Virus record (IMG/VR): IMGVR_UViG_3300025010_000044
From: an uncultured virus (IMG/VR IMGVR_UViG_3300025010_000044)
Taxonomy: Duplodnaviria; Heunggongvirae; Uroviricota; Caudoviricetes
Strand: one strand, 5' to 3'
DNA length: 64,000 nucleotides
This document shows positions 18,770 through 28,528 of this stretch, one piece after another. Position numbers and translations under genes: made by a program. Under the pieces are notes generated by a model. It ran no database searches and had not been told where the DNA came from. It worked only from the letters and a program-made list of their open reading frames with translations. How positions within the stretch are numbered: the first letter of the stretch is position 1; every line of letters begins with the position of its first letter.

Positions 18770-19792
18770 ATGGCGCGTCCGACAAAAGTAGGGATAAGTT
18801 ATTTCCCATATAACGTTGACTTTTATGAAGATGAGAAAACTGAATTTATCCCAGCTAAGTACGGATTGATCGGGGAGGCAATTACAGCAAGATTGCTCGA
18901 ACGTATTTACCGAAACGGATATTTAACGAAATGGGACGAAGATGTTAAGGTTTTGTTTGTAAGTAAATTGAGAGCGCCGGGATGTGATAATTTGAGTGAA
19001 ATTGTTGACGGGGTTATAACAGAATTATTGAAAAGAGATTTTTTTAGTAAAGAGTTATTTGACAAGTACAAGGTTTTAACCGGGAGAGGAATACAAAAAA
19101 GGTATCTTAAAATTTGTGCCGATGCAAAGCGGAAACATAGTGTTATTAGTCATGAATATAATTTGATTGACGAAGAGGAAACACCGAAAGTTACAACATT
19201 TGAGTTATTTCCAGAGGAAACCCCAATTACCACCGGAGTAATACCGGAGGGAACCACCATTAACACGGGAATTACACCAGAGTTTAGTACACAAAGTAAA
19301 GTAAAGAAAACTATAGAAAACAAAAGTAAAGAAGAGAAAACAAAAACGGAAGAAACTCCTTACTTTTTTACGTTTTCAAATTTTGACGATCCTTACTTTT
19401 TACAAGCCGCATTAAGTGACATAATAGGACATTACTGTTGGGAATTGGAAATAACAAAATCGATTAGAACGAGGCTATTTAACATAATTTTTCAGAGTGT
19501 TCTTCCACGAGACCGGTGTTATAAAATAGCATTAGTTGTATTTGGAGAATACAAAGGGAATCCGTCGGAGAAGAAAAACTTTGCTTATATTTTCTCACGA
19601 ATTGAGGGGAAAATTAAGGATGCGATAATCATTTACCGTGAAGAATTGGCAGAGTTGGATAAGGGAAAAGAAAAAGCTGAGGCGGAAAAGATGTTGCAGA
19701 GTGACGGCAAAGGACCGCCGGGAGAGGAAAATTTCAGTTCAATTTTGAAGGATATAATTAATTCAAAAAGCATAACGGAGAAAAAGGTATGA
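18770..19792 (+). CDS. DUF4373-type phage replication initiator (O-like)
   Basis: MARPTKVGISYFP..DF..D.K...IY.NGY...LT..GIQKRY; internal iterons. Confidence 0.8.
   Translation: MARPTKVGISYFPYNVDFYEDEKTEFIPAKYGLIGEAITARLLERIYRNGYLTKWDEDVKVLFVSKLRAPGCDNLSEIVDGVITELLKRDFFSKELFDKYKVLTGRGIQKRYLKICADAKRKHSVISHEYNLIDEEETPKVTTFELFPEETPITTGVIPEGTTINTGITPEFSTQSKVKKTIENKSKEEKTKTEETPYFFTFSNFDDPYFLQAALSDIIGHYCWELEITKSIRTRLFNIIFQSVLPRDRCYKIALVVFGEYKGNPSEKKNFAYIFSRIEGKIKDAIIIYREELAELDKGKEKAEAEKMLQSDGKGPPGEENFSSILKDIINSKSITEKKV
19205..19350 (+). repeat. Iteron-like 33-bp repeats followed by an A-rich tract (putative origin)
   Basis: ttatttccagaggaaaccccaattaccaccgga / gtaataccggagggaaccaccattaacacggga / attacaccagag, then a purine-rich A tract. 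Confidence 0.55.
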
Positions 19793-20460
19793 ACTTAGAA
19801 AAAGTATTTAACCGGAAGCAAGTGAAAGAGGAAGCGGGAAAAACACCTCTGACAGTTGGGGAAATGCAGGGAATGTTCCATGATTACGGAATACGAGTAT
19901 TTAACACAGAGACAAACGAGCTTGAAATTGCAACGATGCACAATGCCACCACCGCTGATTTGTTGAGTGTTATTAAATATTATGAGGATAATTTGGTAAA
20001 GGTTTTTACATCTACGGAACCAAAATTTAAAGCCAATAAAGAATGGTTTAAAGATTACGTGACAACGTGGTGTAAAATTCATTATAGTAAAGCTATAAAC
20101 GATATTATTGAAAACGACCAAAAGCAATTTGACGAACAATTAACCCAAGCCTACCAACTCGGTAAACGGCAGAACAACATTGCCGGTATTGTTTGGGAGA
20201 AACGTTACAGCACAACCGAAGCTGATGATAAGTTTGGAAGATGGATGAGGATAGGCAGAATAAACGATATGACGATAGCGATTATTATAAAAGCCGTTCA
20301 TCTTGAAAAAATAAAATATGTTGTAAAGCTCCCGAATAACAAAGGAGATGAAAGTTTACAAAGTGATATTATGGCAAACAGCGAAAACGAGGCAATGTTG
20401 GCAGCGGAGAAGCACATCGCTGAGTATGTTGCGAACTTTTACAAAATAATTATTGCATAA
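19789..20460 (+). CDS. Hypothetical protein
   Basis: Coupled to the initiator gene. Confidence 0.5.
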   Translation: MNLEKVFNRKQVKEEAGKTPLTVGEMQGMFHDYGIRVFNTETNELEIATMHNATTADLLSVIKYYEDNLVKVFTSTEPKFKANKEWFKDYVTTWCKIHYSKAINDIIENDQKQFDEQLTQAYQLGKRQNNIAGIVWEKRYSTTEADDKFGRWMRIGRINDMTIAIIIKAVHLEKIKYVVKLPNNKGDESLQSDIMANSENEAMLAAEKHIAEYVANFYKIIIA

Positions 20461-20523
20461 TTAAATTAATTAAAATAAGTTGCTATATAGGATTTTCAAT
20501 AAATTAACAAGGAGCTACAAAGG

Positions 20524-20853
20524 ATGGAGAAGCGAAAAAGAACGAAGCCGAAATTTGACATTGAAGAAATAGGAAAAATATTTACAGAATTGACTGACAA
20601 TGGGAAAACTCAAGGGGAGGTAATAACAAAGATTGTAACGAGATGGAGACGGGGAGAGTTGAAAAGGATTGAGGCAAACAACGAAGACATAGGGGTAAAC
20701 AAACGCCATTTTTACGAATCAAAAATAATAAAAGTTTTGCTAATGACGGGGAGATTCCGCCCAAATTTTACCGGGAAATTAGAGTTTGAGGTAACAACAA
20801 ACGAAGGCACGGCGAAGAAGGTACATTATCAAATAAGCAATTATATCATTTAA
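20524..20853 (+). CDS. Hypothetical protein
   Basis: AAGGAG upstream. Confidence 0.5.
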   Translation: MEKRKRTKPKFDIEEIGKIFTELTDNGKTQGEVITKIVTRWRRGELKRIEANNEDIGVNKRHFYESKIIKVLLMTGRFRPNFTGKLEFEVTTNEGTAKKVHYQISNYII

Positions 20854-20871
20854 CGCAAAGGAGAAGAACTC

Positions 20872-21288
20872 ATGTCATTTACATTAAACCAGGTAACACT
20901 TTTAGGAACGTTGGGGAAGGATTGTGAAACAAGAACGGCAGGATCAAACACCGTTACATCGTTTAGCGTAGCAACGGAAAGAAATTGGAAGGATAAAGCC
21001 GGAGAGTGGAAAAAAGAAACCGACTGGCACAACATTACTTTTTGGAATCCTTCAGACTATTTGAAGGATAGATTAAAAAAAGGGGCAAAGGTTTTAGTTA
21101 CGGGAGAAATGCGAACAGATAAATATGAGAAAGATGGAGTAACTCACTACAATACTAAAGTAATAGCAAAACAAGTTATTCCTGTGGACCGGAAAGGTGA
21201 GGCGCAAAACGAAAGCAGCGGACAAAACCAACATGAAGAAGAGCACGGAGAATTACAACCAGGAACGGAAGAAGACCTTCCATTTTAA
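20872..21288 (+). CDS. ssb: Single-stranded DNA-binding protein
   Basis: LNQVTLLG.LG.D, FSVAT, TDWHNI, acidic EEDLPF tail. Confidence 0.95.
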   Translation: MSFTLNQVTLLGTLGKDCETRTAGSNTVTSFSVATERNWKDKAGEWKKETDWHNITFWNPSDYLKDRLKKGAKVLVTGEMRTDKYEKDGVTHYNTKVIAKQVIPVDRKGEAQNESSGQNQHEEEHGELQPGTEEDLPF

Positions 21289-21332
21289 AAAAAATAACAG
21301 AATTCAATCAACAAAATACAAAGGAACGTACT

Positions 21333-22169
21333 ATGAAAAAGTTACTCATTTCAATCTTGGCATTTATTTTTTCACCGATTACTAATGCGATCAATTCAGC
21401 GCGTGAAAAGATTGTTGAGAAACAAAACAGTTGGGCTTCAGCGTTGAGTTCGATGCTACTAAGCCGATTTGATGAGTTAGTATTGCGACTTGAACAAATT
21501 GAACAACGTCAGTTAGAGACAAATTATTTCATCGGTGGAGTTGCGGCAACAAAGGATGAGGGGGCGCAACTAGGGATAATACAAGTGATGGGGAACTTAT
21601 CGCAACAACTTAATCACATCGGCAGAAAAGCCACAATGCCGTTAATATTTACAGCCAAGGGGCTTGTTATTAACGTTTTACAATGTAAGAAGATCATGTT
21701 TGAATGTAATTGGGATAACGTTAATGTTATGCGGTTTCTGTTAATGGTTGACGGGACTGTAGCAGATACGTTTGAATATAATTTTGAAAAGATTTCGCTT
21801 GATCCCGGTTTTGAGAAGTCGGAAGATAAACCGGTATTTGATTTTGCGCGGGTGTTTTTGAAGAAGCATACAACACTTACAAATGGGAAGAAAAATATCA
21901 GCATTATTGATCACATTGGAACAAATGCAAGCAGGCTGTTAATTAGCTATGTGCCGCAAAGAGACATTCTCTATCATGCTGAGATTGATATGATTTGTTT
22001 CAGATCAATAATTTCCTCAGTAGCTCCTTTTTACCAAAAAGAGAACGCGCCGCAAGAAGAGCAGAACAGCGAAGAAAAACCAGAACAGACTAACATTTTC
22101 CCCTTAAATGATGCGGGTAGAACAGACGTTGCAGAACAGTCCGAAAAATCAGAACAAAAAGAACAGTAG
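21333..22169 (+). CDS. Hypothetical protein
   Basis: Long in-operon ORF with hydrophobic N-terminus. Confidence 0.55.
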   Translation: MKKLLISILAFIFSPITNAINSAREKIVEKQNSWASALSSMLLSRFDELVLRLEQIEQRQLETNYFIGGVAATKDEGAQLGIIQVMGNLSQQLNHIGRKATMPLIFTAKGLVINVLQCKKIMFECNWDNVNVMRFLLMVDGTVADTFEYNFEKISLDPGFEKSEDKPVFDFARVFLKKHTTLTNGKKNISIIDHIGTNASRLLISYVPQRDILYHAEIDMICFRSIISSVAPFYQKENAPQEEQNSEEKPEQTNIFPLNDAGRTDVAEQSEKSEQKEQ

Positions 22170-22188
22170 ATAAGAACGGTCTATACCT

Positions 22189-22965
22189 ATGCGGACAAAA
22201 GAATTCGACCAAGAGATAGTTGAGCTTATTAAAAAGCACACTCCCTTTCGTGAAATAATGGAAAAATACGGCTTCAAGAGCACTTCCAAGATTGCAAGGA
22301 TAAAAGCCGAGTACATTGACGAAGCGAAAGGGAAAAAGACGCGCAGGTCCAGACCAATGAAGCAAGCGCACAAAAACAAACTTAGCATTACCGCCAACGC
22401 TATTGCCATAACGAACAAGAGTGAAATAATTGTAAACAACGTAATCGATATTTTGGCGGGGATGAGGTACAGCATTGTTAATCTTGAGGGGATACAGGGT
22501 GAGCAGAAAGAGAAAAGCGAAAATGTTGTAAGTGAGCTGCAAGAGTTGAATAAAAAGGTTGACCAATTCTTGGATGCAAGTACGGAGGTAAGTACAGAAG
22601 CCGGAATGATTGAGTTGCAAAAAGAAAAGGATGCACTCAATAAACGTATTGGACTTGCAATAGCCGAAGCCGGAAACTTTTATGCAAGAGATTCGCTTAG
22701 GATAAAGGCAATTGCGGAGTTAAGAAATCAGTTTAAGGCATTTGTTGAGTTAGAGATTGTAGCTAAGGGGTTGACCCAAGTAAAGGAAGTTTTAGACACA
22801 CTGTTTTTAGCAATGGAAGTATTATCAGACGATAGTTATGTTAGACTTAGAACAAGAGCAATCGAAATTAACCCCGTGGTTAGAGAGTTATTCGCCAAGA
22901 ACGAAGAGAAGGTGGAGGAATCAGGACAACCAACGGAAGTACACATTATCGATACAAACGAGTAA
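22189..22965 (+). CDS. Putative terminase small subunit
   Basis: N-terminal HTH plus helical region; directly upstream of TerL. Confidence 0.55.
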   Translation: MRTKEFDQEIVELIKKHTPFREIMEKYGFKSTSKIARIKAEYIDEAKGKKTRRSRPMKQAHKNKLSITANAIAITNKSEIIVNNVIDILAGMRYSIVNLEGIQGEQKEKSENVVSELQELNKKVDQFLDASTEVSTEAGMIELQKEKDALNKRIGLAIAEAGNFYARDSLRIKAIAELRNQFKAFVELEIVAKGLTQVKEVLDTLFLAMEVLSDDSYVRLRTRAIEINPVVRELFAKNEEKVEESGQPTEVHIIDTNE

Positions 22966-24862
22966 GAACGCAATATACCGGCGCGATGTTGGCGATGTTG
23001 CAGACGTGATTTCTTTCCTAAGAGAATTCTTAGGCAGAGAACCGGGCAAACTTCAGCGAGATGCTTATCTTGCTGTTTGGGGGAATGATCCGGCTATTTG
23101 GGATAAGAAGTTTCACGAGATCGTTTTGCTTGTTGGGATGAAGGGAGGGAAAAACTATTGGGCTGAGGGTGATATTGCTTACGCAACCTATCGGATAAGT
23201 TGTTTAGAGAAACCGCACGAATACTTTGGAGAGATAACCGGTTCGCTTGTGCCCTATCCTCCGGAGAAGACATTCGATCTGGTGAATGTTAGTGTTGTTA
23301 ATGAACTGCAGGCTAAACACGCTTTTTTTGAGAGTGTTAAGAACGTGTTAAAACTAACAAAAGACCCTAAAACCGGAGAAAATTGGTTTGAGAAGTTTGC
23401 GGGGTTGGACCTTAGAGAGCAGTTTGGAGATCTGAAAAAGAAAGAAATTATTTTCCCGACAAAAAAGAGCGGAGGCGGAAGCATAAGGCTTTTATCTTTT
23501 AACAGCAGCAAGCAAGCGCCGGAAGGCATACACATGCTTAGGGGCTATGCAGACGAACTTTCACGCGCTGAAACAAAAGTAACGTATGCACAGGCAGAGG
23601 GATTGTTAGAACTTCTTTTAGGAAATACAAAGGCAAGTTTTCCCGGTAACGTTGGGAAAACAATGGAATGGGCTTATCCGAATGAAACGGATTTCGACTT
23701 AACGAACTACCGGTTTGAGCTATCGCAAGAACTTGATGAGAGCGGAACCCTAAAGAATCCCGATATGTACGGAATGAAAGCAACAACTTGGGATTTTAAC
23801 CCGGCAAGAACCGAGGCGATGTTTGAAAAGGAGTTTAGGACAAATCCCTTACGTGCAAATTGCCGGTTCGGTTGTGTAAAGCCGATAAGCAAGGATAATT
23901 TTTACCAGCCTTATTCTTTTAAACTAAAAGAAGCTGTTGATCCGGCGATTAAAAACAAGATACATTACAAGCAAACTAAAGTGTATCGAAAATTAGAGAA
24001 CGGACAAACAAAAACAGTTTCAAGCATTGAAGTGATAAATATTGTGGGAGACAAGCGTGAAAGATGCCTTGCTTATGACGCGGGTAAAACGAAGGATAGG
24101 TTTATTGTTGGCGTAGGTTACGGCGAAACGATTGACGTAAAGAGAATGGAATTATTCTTAGACGCTGAAACCGAAGTTATCCTTACGAACAAAAAGCCGG
24201 TAATAGATGTACTTGTAGTTATTGAACCCTCTCCCGGTTGTCCGGTTGATTATTTGAAGATAGGCGATATCCTTTCGATATTTTTAAAAGCATTCCCAAA
24301 TATAAAAACGGCAAACAGTGATCACTTCCAGAATGAAAAGCTTAGGCAGGAGCTTGAGGCGAAGGGGAAGGATGCCAACACTTATAATTTTAGCAACAAA
24401 CAGCAAGTTAAGCTTTACGAAATGGTAAGGTGGAATGTTTGGAATAACAATCTTGCAATTTGCGATGACACGGAAGAAACACACAAGCTGCAAATATTGA
24501 TGAAGAAAATTTCTCCTTCCGGTTTATGGGTAAGCGAAGGGGAAAGGTTGTTAAACCTTGGGAATAAAATTGATCATCCGGTTTCTTCCAGCAAAGATGT
24601 GCAGGATGTTGTAGCAATATTAAACCACGATATTATGGCGCTTGAAACGCAAGGAGTAGCAGGTATGGCAGATGGAATTGACGGATTAAGCGAAGCGAAG
24701 TTAAGGGAACTTGCGGAGCAATTTATGAATATTAAGAGCGACTTGTTAAGGGAAGAAGTTGAACCGGATAAGATGCTGAAGATGATTGCGGAAAAGATGA
24801 ATCTTGATTTGCGGCGAACAATAAAGTTAGCAGAGTATGTAAGGGAGATTTATGATTATTAA
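22838..24862 (+). CDS. terL: Terminase large subunit
   Basis: Walker A GMKGGKN, Walker B ADE, nuclease YDAG..D and DHP.SSSKDVQD. Start codon uncertain. Confidence 0.85.
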   Translation: MLDLEQEQSKLTPWLESYSPRTKRRWRNQDNQRKYTLSIQTSKNAIYRRDVGDVADVISFLREFLGREPGKLQRDAYLAVWGNDPAIWDKKFHEIVLLVGMKGGKNYWAEGDIAYATYRISCLEKPHEYFGEITGSLVPYPPEKTFDLVNVSVVNELQAKHAFFESVKNVLKLTKDPKTGENWFEKFAGLDLREQFGDLKKKEIIFPTKKSGGGSIRLLSFNSSKQAPEGIHMLRGYADELSRAETKVTYAQAEGLLELLLGNTKASFPGNVGKTMEWAYPNETDFDLTNYRFELSQELDESGTLKNPDMYGMKATTWDFNPARTEAMFEKEFRTNPLRANCRFGCVKPISKDNFYQPYSFKLKEAVDPAIKNKIHYKQTKVYRKLENGQTKTVSSIEVINIVGDKRERCLAYDAGKTKDRFIVGVGYGETIDVKRMELFLDAETEVILTNKKPVIDVLVVIEPSPGCPVDYLKIGDILSIFLKAFPNIKTANSDHFQNEKLRQELEAKGKDANTYNFSNKQQVKLYEMVRWNVWNNNLAICDDTEETHKLQILMKKISPSGLWVSEGERLLNLGNKIDHPVSSSKDVQDVVAILNHDIMALETQGVAGMADGIDGLSEAKLRELAEQFMNIKSDLLREEVEPDKMLKMIAEKMNLDLRRTIKLAEYVREIYDY

Positions 24863-25190
24863 CGGACAAATTAAGATGAGAGAGAAGCGGATTTGTGAAT
24901 ATCCGCCGTGTAATAACGAGGTAACTTCTCCAAACAAAGCGGTAACACATTGCTGTTGTGAATGCGGGTGCGCTCACCGATTGTTGAAGGTGAAGAACTG
25001 TAAACAATGCGGAGGGGGAATTGATAGGAAGGGATTTATCTGTAAAAAGTGTTTTAGGGAAAATGATGAAGCGCAGCATAAAAAGGATAATGCAAAAAGA
25101 GGGTGGAGAAAGAAATCTGATTTTGAGAAGAAGTATGAAATCCCCTTACGGCATGACATAGTTGCGTTGGCGTATGGATGGGCGAGTTAA
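24852..25190 (+). CDS. Cys-rich Zn-finger protein
   Basis: Multiple CxxC motifs. Confidence 0.55.
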   Translation: MIINGQIKMREKRICEYPPCNNEVTSPNKAVTHCCCECGCAHRLLKVKNCKQCGGGIDRKGFICKKCFRENDEAQHKKDNAKRGWRKKSDFEKKYEIPLRHDIVALAYGWAS

Positions 25191-25191
25191 T

Positions 25192-26610
25192 ATGCTTGTT
25201 TTAATTGATTTGTTTTCCGGCATCGGCGGATTTAGTTTAGCGGCTGAAAGAGAAGGGATAGAAACGCTTCTCTTTTGCGAAATTGATAAATACTGCCAAA
25301 AGGTTTTAGCAAAAAACTTTCCCGAAGTGTTAATAAACGGCGACATAAAAACATTAACAAAAGAAATTATCTTAAAGGAAATTGAGAGAAGATATGGCAA
25401 ATACAACGGAACAATTGAATTTATTCTTACGGGCGGATTCCCTTGCCAGCCTTTCAGCATCGCCGGGAAAAGAAAAGGCAGTGAAGATGACAGAGCCTTA
25501 TTCCCCCAGATGCTTAGAGTTATTAGAGAAACAAGACCAAAGTGGATTGTTGCGGAGAATGTTGGTGGAATCCTTAGTATCCATGACGGAGAATATTTCG
25601 AGGAGATTTGTACACAATTGGAAGGTGAAGGTTACTCGGTACAATCGTTTATTATTCCAGCTTCAGCCGTTAATGCCCCGCATAAAAGAAACAGAGTTTG
25701 GATTATCGCTTATGCTAAAAACTCCTTCAACGGTGGAAACGGAAGGGGGGATAATGGAGATACGACCGGGAGCGAACGCACACTACAAATTGAGGAATCA
25801 AATAAACCATTTTGGCAAAATGATGTTAAAAACGCCGAGCAGTTTCGATGCGGTGGCAAAGAGCGGAAAGAAGAACCCAAAGAGCGGAAAGAAGAACCCA
25901 AAGAGCGGGGATTCGGGAAGTTTAGCGCAAGAGATGATGCAAGGTTTTCCGACAAAGATGTTGCCAACTCCGAAGGCGGGAAGACCGGATCAAGCGACAA
26001 CTTTTGCAGCGGGGAACCCGACACTTGCGAAAGTAATAGAGGAATTTTTATTACCAACGCCAAGAGCAGGGAAAATGACGGACGAAAACGAGGAACGTTG
26101 GACGAAGAGACAGAAGGAAGGGAAAGTATCAACGCCGCCGTTAAGTTTAGCGATAAAGATGCTTCCCACACCGCAAGCAAGGGATTACAAGGGTGCGGAC
26201 ACGAATCCGGACACGAAAAGATTTTCGATGAAGTCGGAACTGAATACAACGATAGCATTGATTCCAACCATAACAAGCGGTATGGTAACAATGGAAGATT
26301 TTGTGCAAGCGAAATACCACAGTTCGAAGAGACCGAAATACAAGGATGCACTTCTACCAACTCCCACAACCCCACGCCCGCACGACAACGAGGAAACGGC
26401 GGGAAAATTTTATCAATCTCAGAACCAAAAGGATTTAACAGCGATTGGGAAGAATCCTGGTATGAAGTTGCAACCCGCTTTTGTAGAGTGGATGATGGGG
26501 TATCCCATCGGGTGGACAGACTTAAAGGATTAGGTAACGCTATTGTGCCGAAGATAGCGCAAATAATTTATAAAGTGATAAAAAGTATAGAAGAAAATTA
26601 TAAATGTTAA
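25192..26610 (+). CDS. C5-cytosine DNA methyltransferase, alpha subunit (motifs I-VIII and X)
   Basis: DLFSGIGG, GFPCQ, ENV, HKRNRVW, RLKGLGNAIVP. Confidence 0.9.
   Translation: MLVLIDLFSGIGGFSLAAEREGIETLLFCEIDKYCQKVLAKNFPEVLINGDIKTLTKEIILKEIERRYGKYNGTIEFILTGGFPCQPFSIAGKRKGSEDDRALFPQMLRVIRETRPKWIVAENVGGILSIHDGEYFEEICTQLEGEGYSVQSFIIPASAVNAPHKRNRVWIIAYAKNSFNGGNGRGDNGDTTGSERTLQIEESNKPFWQNDVKNAEQFRCGGKERKEEPKERKEEPKERGFGKFSARDDARFSDKDVANSEGGKTGSSDNFCSGEPDTCESNRGIFITNAKSRENDGRKRGTLDEETEGRESINAAVKFSDKDASHTASKGLQGCGHESGHEKIFDEVGTEYNDSIDSNHNKRYGNNGRFCASEIPQFEETEIQGCTSTNSHNPTPARQRGNGGKILSISEPKGFNSDWEESWYEVATRFCRVDDGVSHRVDRLKGLGNAIVPKIAQIIYKVIKSIEENYKC
25394..26533 (+). CDS. Nested +1-frame beta subunit of the C5 MTase (LPTP repeats plus motif IX)
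   Basis: About 380 open codons inside the alpha gene; seven L(P/K)T(P/I) repeats; C-terminal LQPAFVEWMMGYPIGWTD. Confidence 0.75.
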   Translation: MANTTEQLNLFLRADSLASLSASPGKEKAVKMTEPYSPRCLELLEKQDQSGLLRRMLVESLVSMTENISRRFVHNWKVKVTRYNRLLFQLQPLMPRIKETEFGLSLMLKTPSTVETEGGIMEIRPGANAHYKLRNQINHFGKMMLKTPSSFDAVAKSGKKNPKSGKKNPKSGDSGSLAQEMMQGFPTKMLPTPKAGRPDQATTFAAGNPTLAKVIEEFLLPTPRAGKMTDENEERWTKRQKEGKVSTPPLSLAIKMLPTPQARDYKGADTNPDTKRFSMKSELNTTIALIPTITSGMVTMEDFVQAKYHSSKRPKYKDALLPTPTTPRPHDNEETAGKFYQSQNQKDLTAIGKNPGMKLQPAFVEWMMGYPIGWTDLKD

Positions 26611-26758
26611 TACACAAAATAAAATATATGTTAAGTTTGAAACTGAAATATAAAATTAAATACTACTACACAAAGGTTTGCCATTTGTTTGGCTTTTGTC
26701 CTAAGTGTTTTACAGTTGTTAATTATACGCAAAGCGGCAAAGCTATTTGTCCCAAAGG

Positions 26759-28528
26759 ATGCAAGTATTGAGAAATATAATATTACAAGGGAATGTACTC
26801 GAAAGGCTGAAAGATATGGAAACCGGAAGGGTACACTGCATGATAACTTCGCCGCCTTATTATGGAGTTAGAAATTACGGGACAGAGCCGCAGATATGGA
26901 AACCGGAAGGGTACACTGCATGCGGCGAACATGAATTTTATGAAGGGGAAAAGAAGCATAATTTAGGAGGATGCAGCAGCAAAAGCACGTTAAGAGATAC
27001 ACCCGGGCAAAAAGCAAAAGAGAATTGGGCAAAAGGTGTTAGTTGTGCCGAACACGAATGGATTGACCAAGATAGATATTTATATAGGGGGAGTTCAAAA
27101 AGTAAAAAGCTTACCGAAGGACATATTACAGAGCTGATTGTCACGAGTGGTTTTTGCATTAAGTGCGGCGCATGGAAAGGGGAACTTGGACTTGAGCCAA
27201 CGCCGGAGCTTTACATAGAACATGTTGTACAAATCTTTCGTGAAATAAAAAGAGTATTGCGGAAGGACGGAACGGCATGGCTTAACCTTGGCGATAGTTA
27301 TTGGGGAAGCGGGAACGCAAACGGGCACACAGAGGAAACTGAAAACTTTGGACGCAAAACCGACAGTTACGGTACAACCAAAGGGCACACCGCAAAGAAA
27401 CACACCATCCTAAAACCAAAAGATTTGATAGGCATACCGTGGAGAGTTGCATTAGCTTTACAGCAAGACGGCTGGTGGTTGAGGAGCGATATAATTTGGA
27501 GCAAAAAGAATCCGATGCCCGAGAGCGTAACAGACAGACCGACCAAAGCGCATGAGTATCTTTTCTTACTAACGAAAAGCCAAAAGTATTATTACGATGC
27601 TGAAGCGATAAGGGAAGAACCGGAGAGTGGATTAAGCGATTTGAAAAAGATGTCTGAGCAGAAAGACAGAATTGGAGGAAAGACGCTTAACTCCGACGAC
27701 CCGTTATACAAAGCCAACATGAACACCAATATCGGGCAAAAACGAGGAGTTGGTGATCCTTCGGGGCGTAATAAACGTTCGGTTTGGGAAGTAACCACAA
27801 CGCCGTTTGCAGAGGCGCATTTTGCTACATTTCCTCAAAAGTTGGTTGAACCTTGCATACTTGCCGGAACGAGTGAGCATGGAGTTTGTGCGGAGTGCGG
27901 AAAGCCTTATGAAAGGATATTGGAGAAAGAAAGCCGAAGGCAGAGCGAGGGGGAAAACGCTGAGAAACAATATAAAACGAGAGTGAGCAAATTTAGCAAT
28001 ATGCCGGAGGTACAGCCTAATAGCGGAAATGTGCAACGAGCCGAAAGCGCAACAAAATATGACACGGAAAATTCGACTGCCGGAAGGTTGCCAACCTTCC
28101 GGCAAGGGGAACGGATGTATAACACAAAGTACGCTGATGAATCTCACGGGCAGCAGCTTAACGCATTTATGAGAGAACAAACCATAGTAGTGGAAAGAGA
28201 TGAGAGCAGAGTGGAAGCGGAAGCGCTATATCCGGGCGATATTCAATCGCAAAAAGCGTACATAAATTACGTTCACGAGCACGGACAGTTAAGAAAAACC
28301 AAAACAATCGGATGGAAGAAAACTTGCAAGTGTAAAACAGAGAAAGTAAAACCGGCGATAGTGCTTGATCCTTTCTTTGGTGCCGGAACAACGGGCTTGG
28401 TTGCATTGAGGGGTGGAAGAAATTTTATCGGGATAGAGTTAAACGAAGATTACATAAAGATTGCGGAGAAAAGATTAGCGCCGTTTATGCAAAACCTTTT
28501 CGATCAGCAAGAAGAGGAGGCAGCGTAA
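26759..28528 (+). CDS. N4/N6 DNA methyltransferase (beta class) with large insertions
   Basis: TSPPY, IIWSKKNPMPES, HFATFP, LDPFFGAGTTG. Start could also be 26747 or 26768. Confidence 0.9.
   Translation: MQVLRNIILQGNVLERLKDMETGRVHCMITSPPYYGVRNYGTEPQIWKPEGYTACGEHEFYEGEKKHNLGGCSSKSTLRDTPGQKAKENWAKGVSCAEHEWIDQDRYLYRGSSKSKKLTEGHITELIVTSGFCIKCGAWKGELGLEPTPELYIEHVVQIFREIKRVLRKDGTAWLNLGDSYWGSGNANGHTEETENFGRKTDSYGTTKGHTAKKHTILKPKDLIGIPWRVALALQQDGWWLRSDIIWSKKNPMPESVTDRPTKAHEYLFLLTKSQKYYYDAEAIREEPESGLSDLKKMSEQKDRIGGKTLNSDDPLYKANMNTNIGQKRGVGDPSGRNKRSVWEVTTTPFAEAHFATFPQKLVEPCILAGTSEHGVCAECGKPYERILEKESRRQSEGENAEKQYKTRVSKFSNMPEVQPNSGNVQRAESATKYDTENSTAGRLPTFRQGERMYNTKYADESHGQQLNAFMREQTIVVERDESRVEAEALYPGDIQSQKAYINYVHEHGQLRKTKTIGWKKTCKCKTEKVKPAIVLDPFFGAGTTGLVALRGGRNFIGIELNEDYIKIAEKRLAPFMQNLFDQQEEEAA

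Noticed and set aside
25710..26375. 221-aa minus-strand ORF in the MTase
   Set aside because: Ser/Leu-rich antisense shadow of a region already coding in two frames; no motifs.
27060..28330. Intein in the N4/N6 MTase
   Set aside because: The insertions lack intein terminal motifs (C/S...HN) and LAGLIDADG motifs; they look like variable loops.
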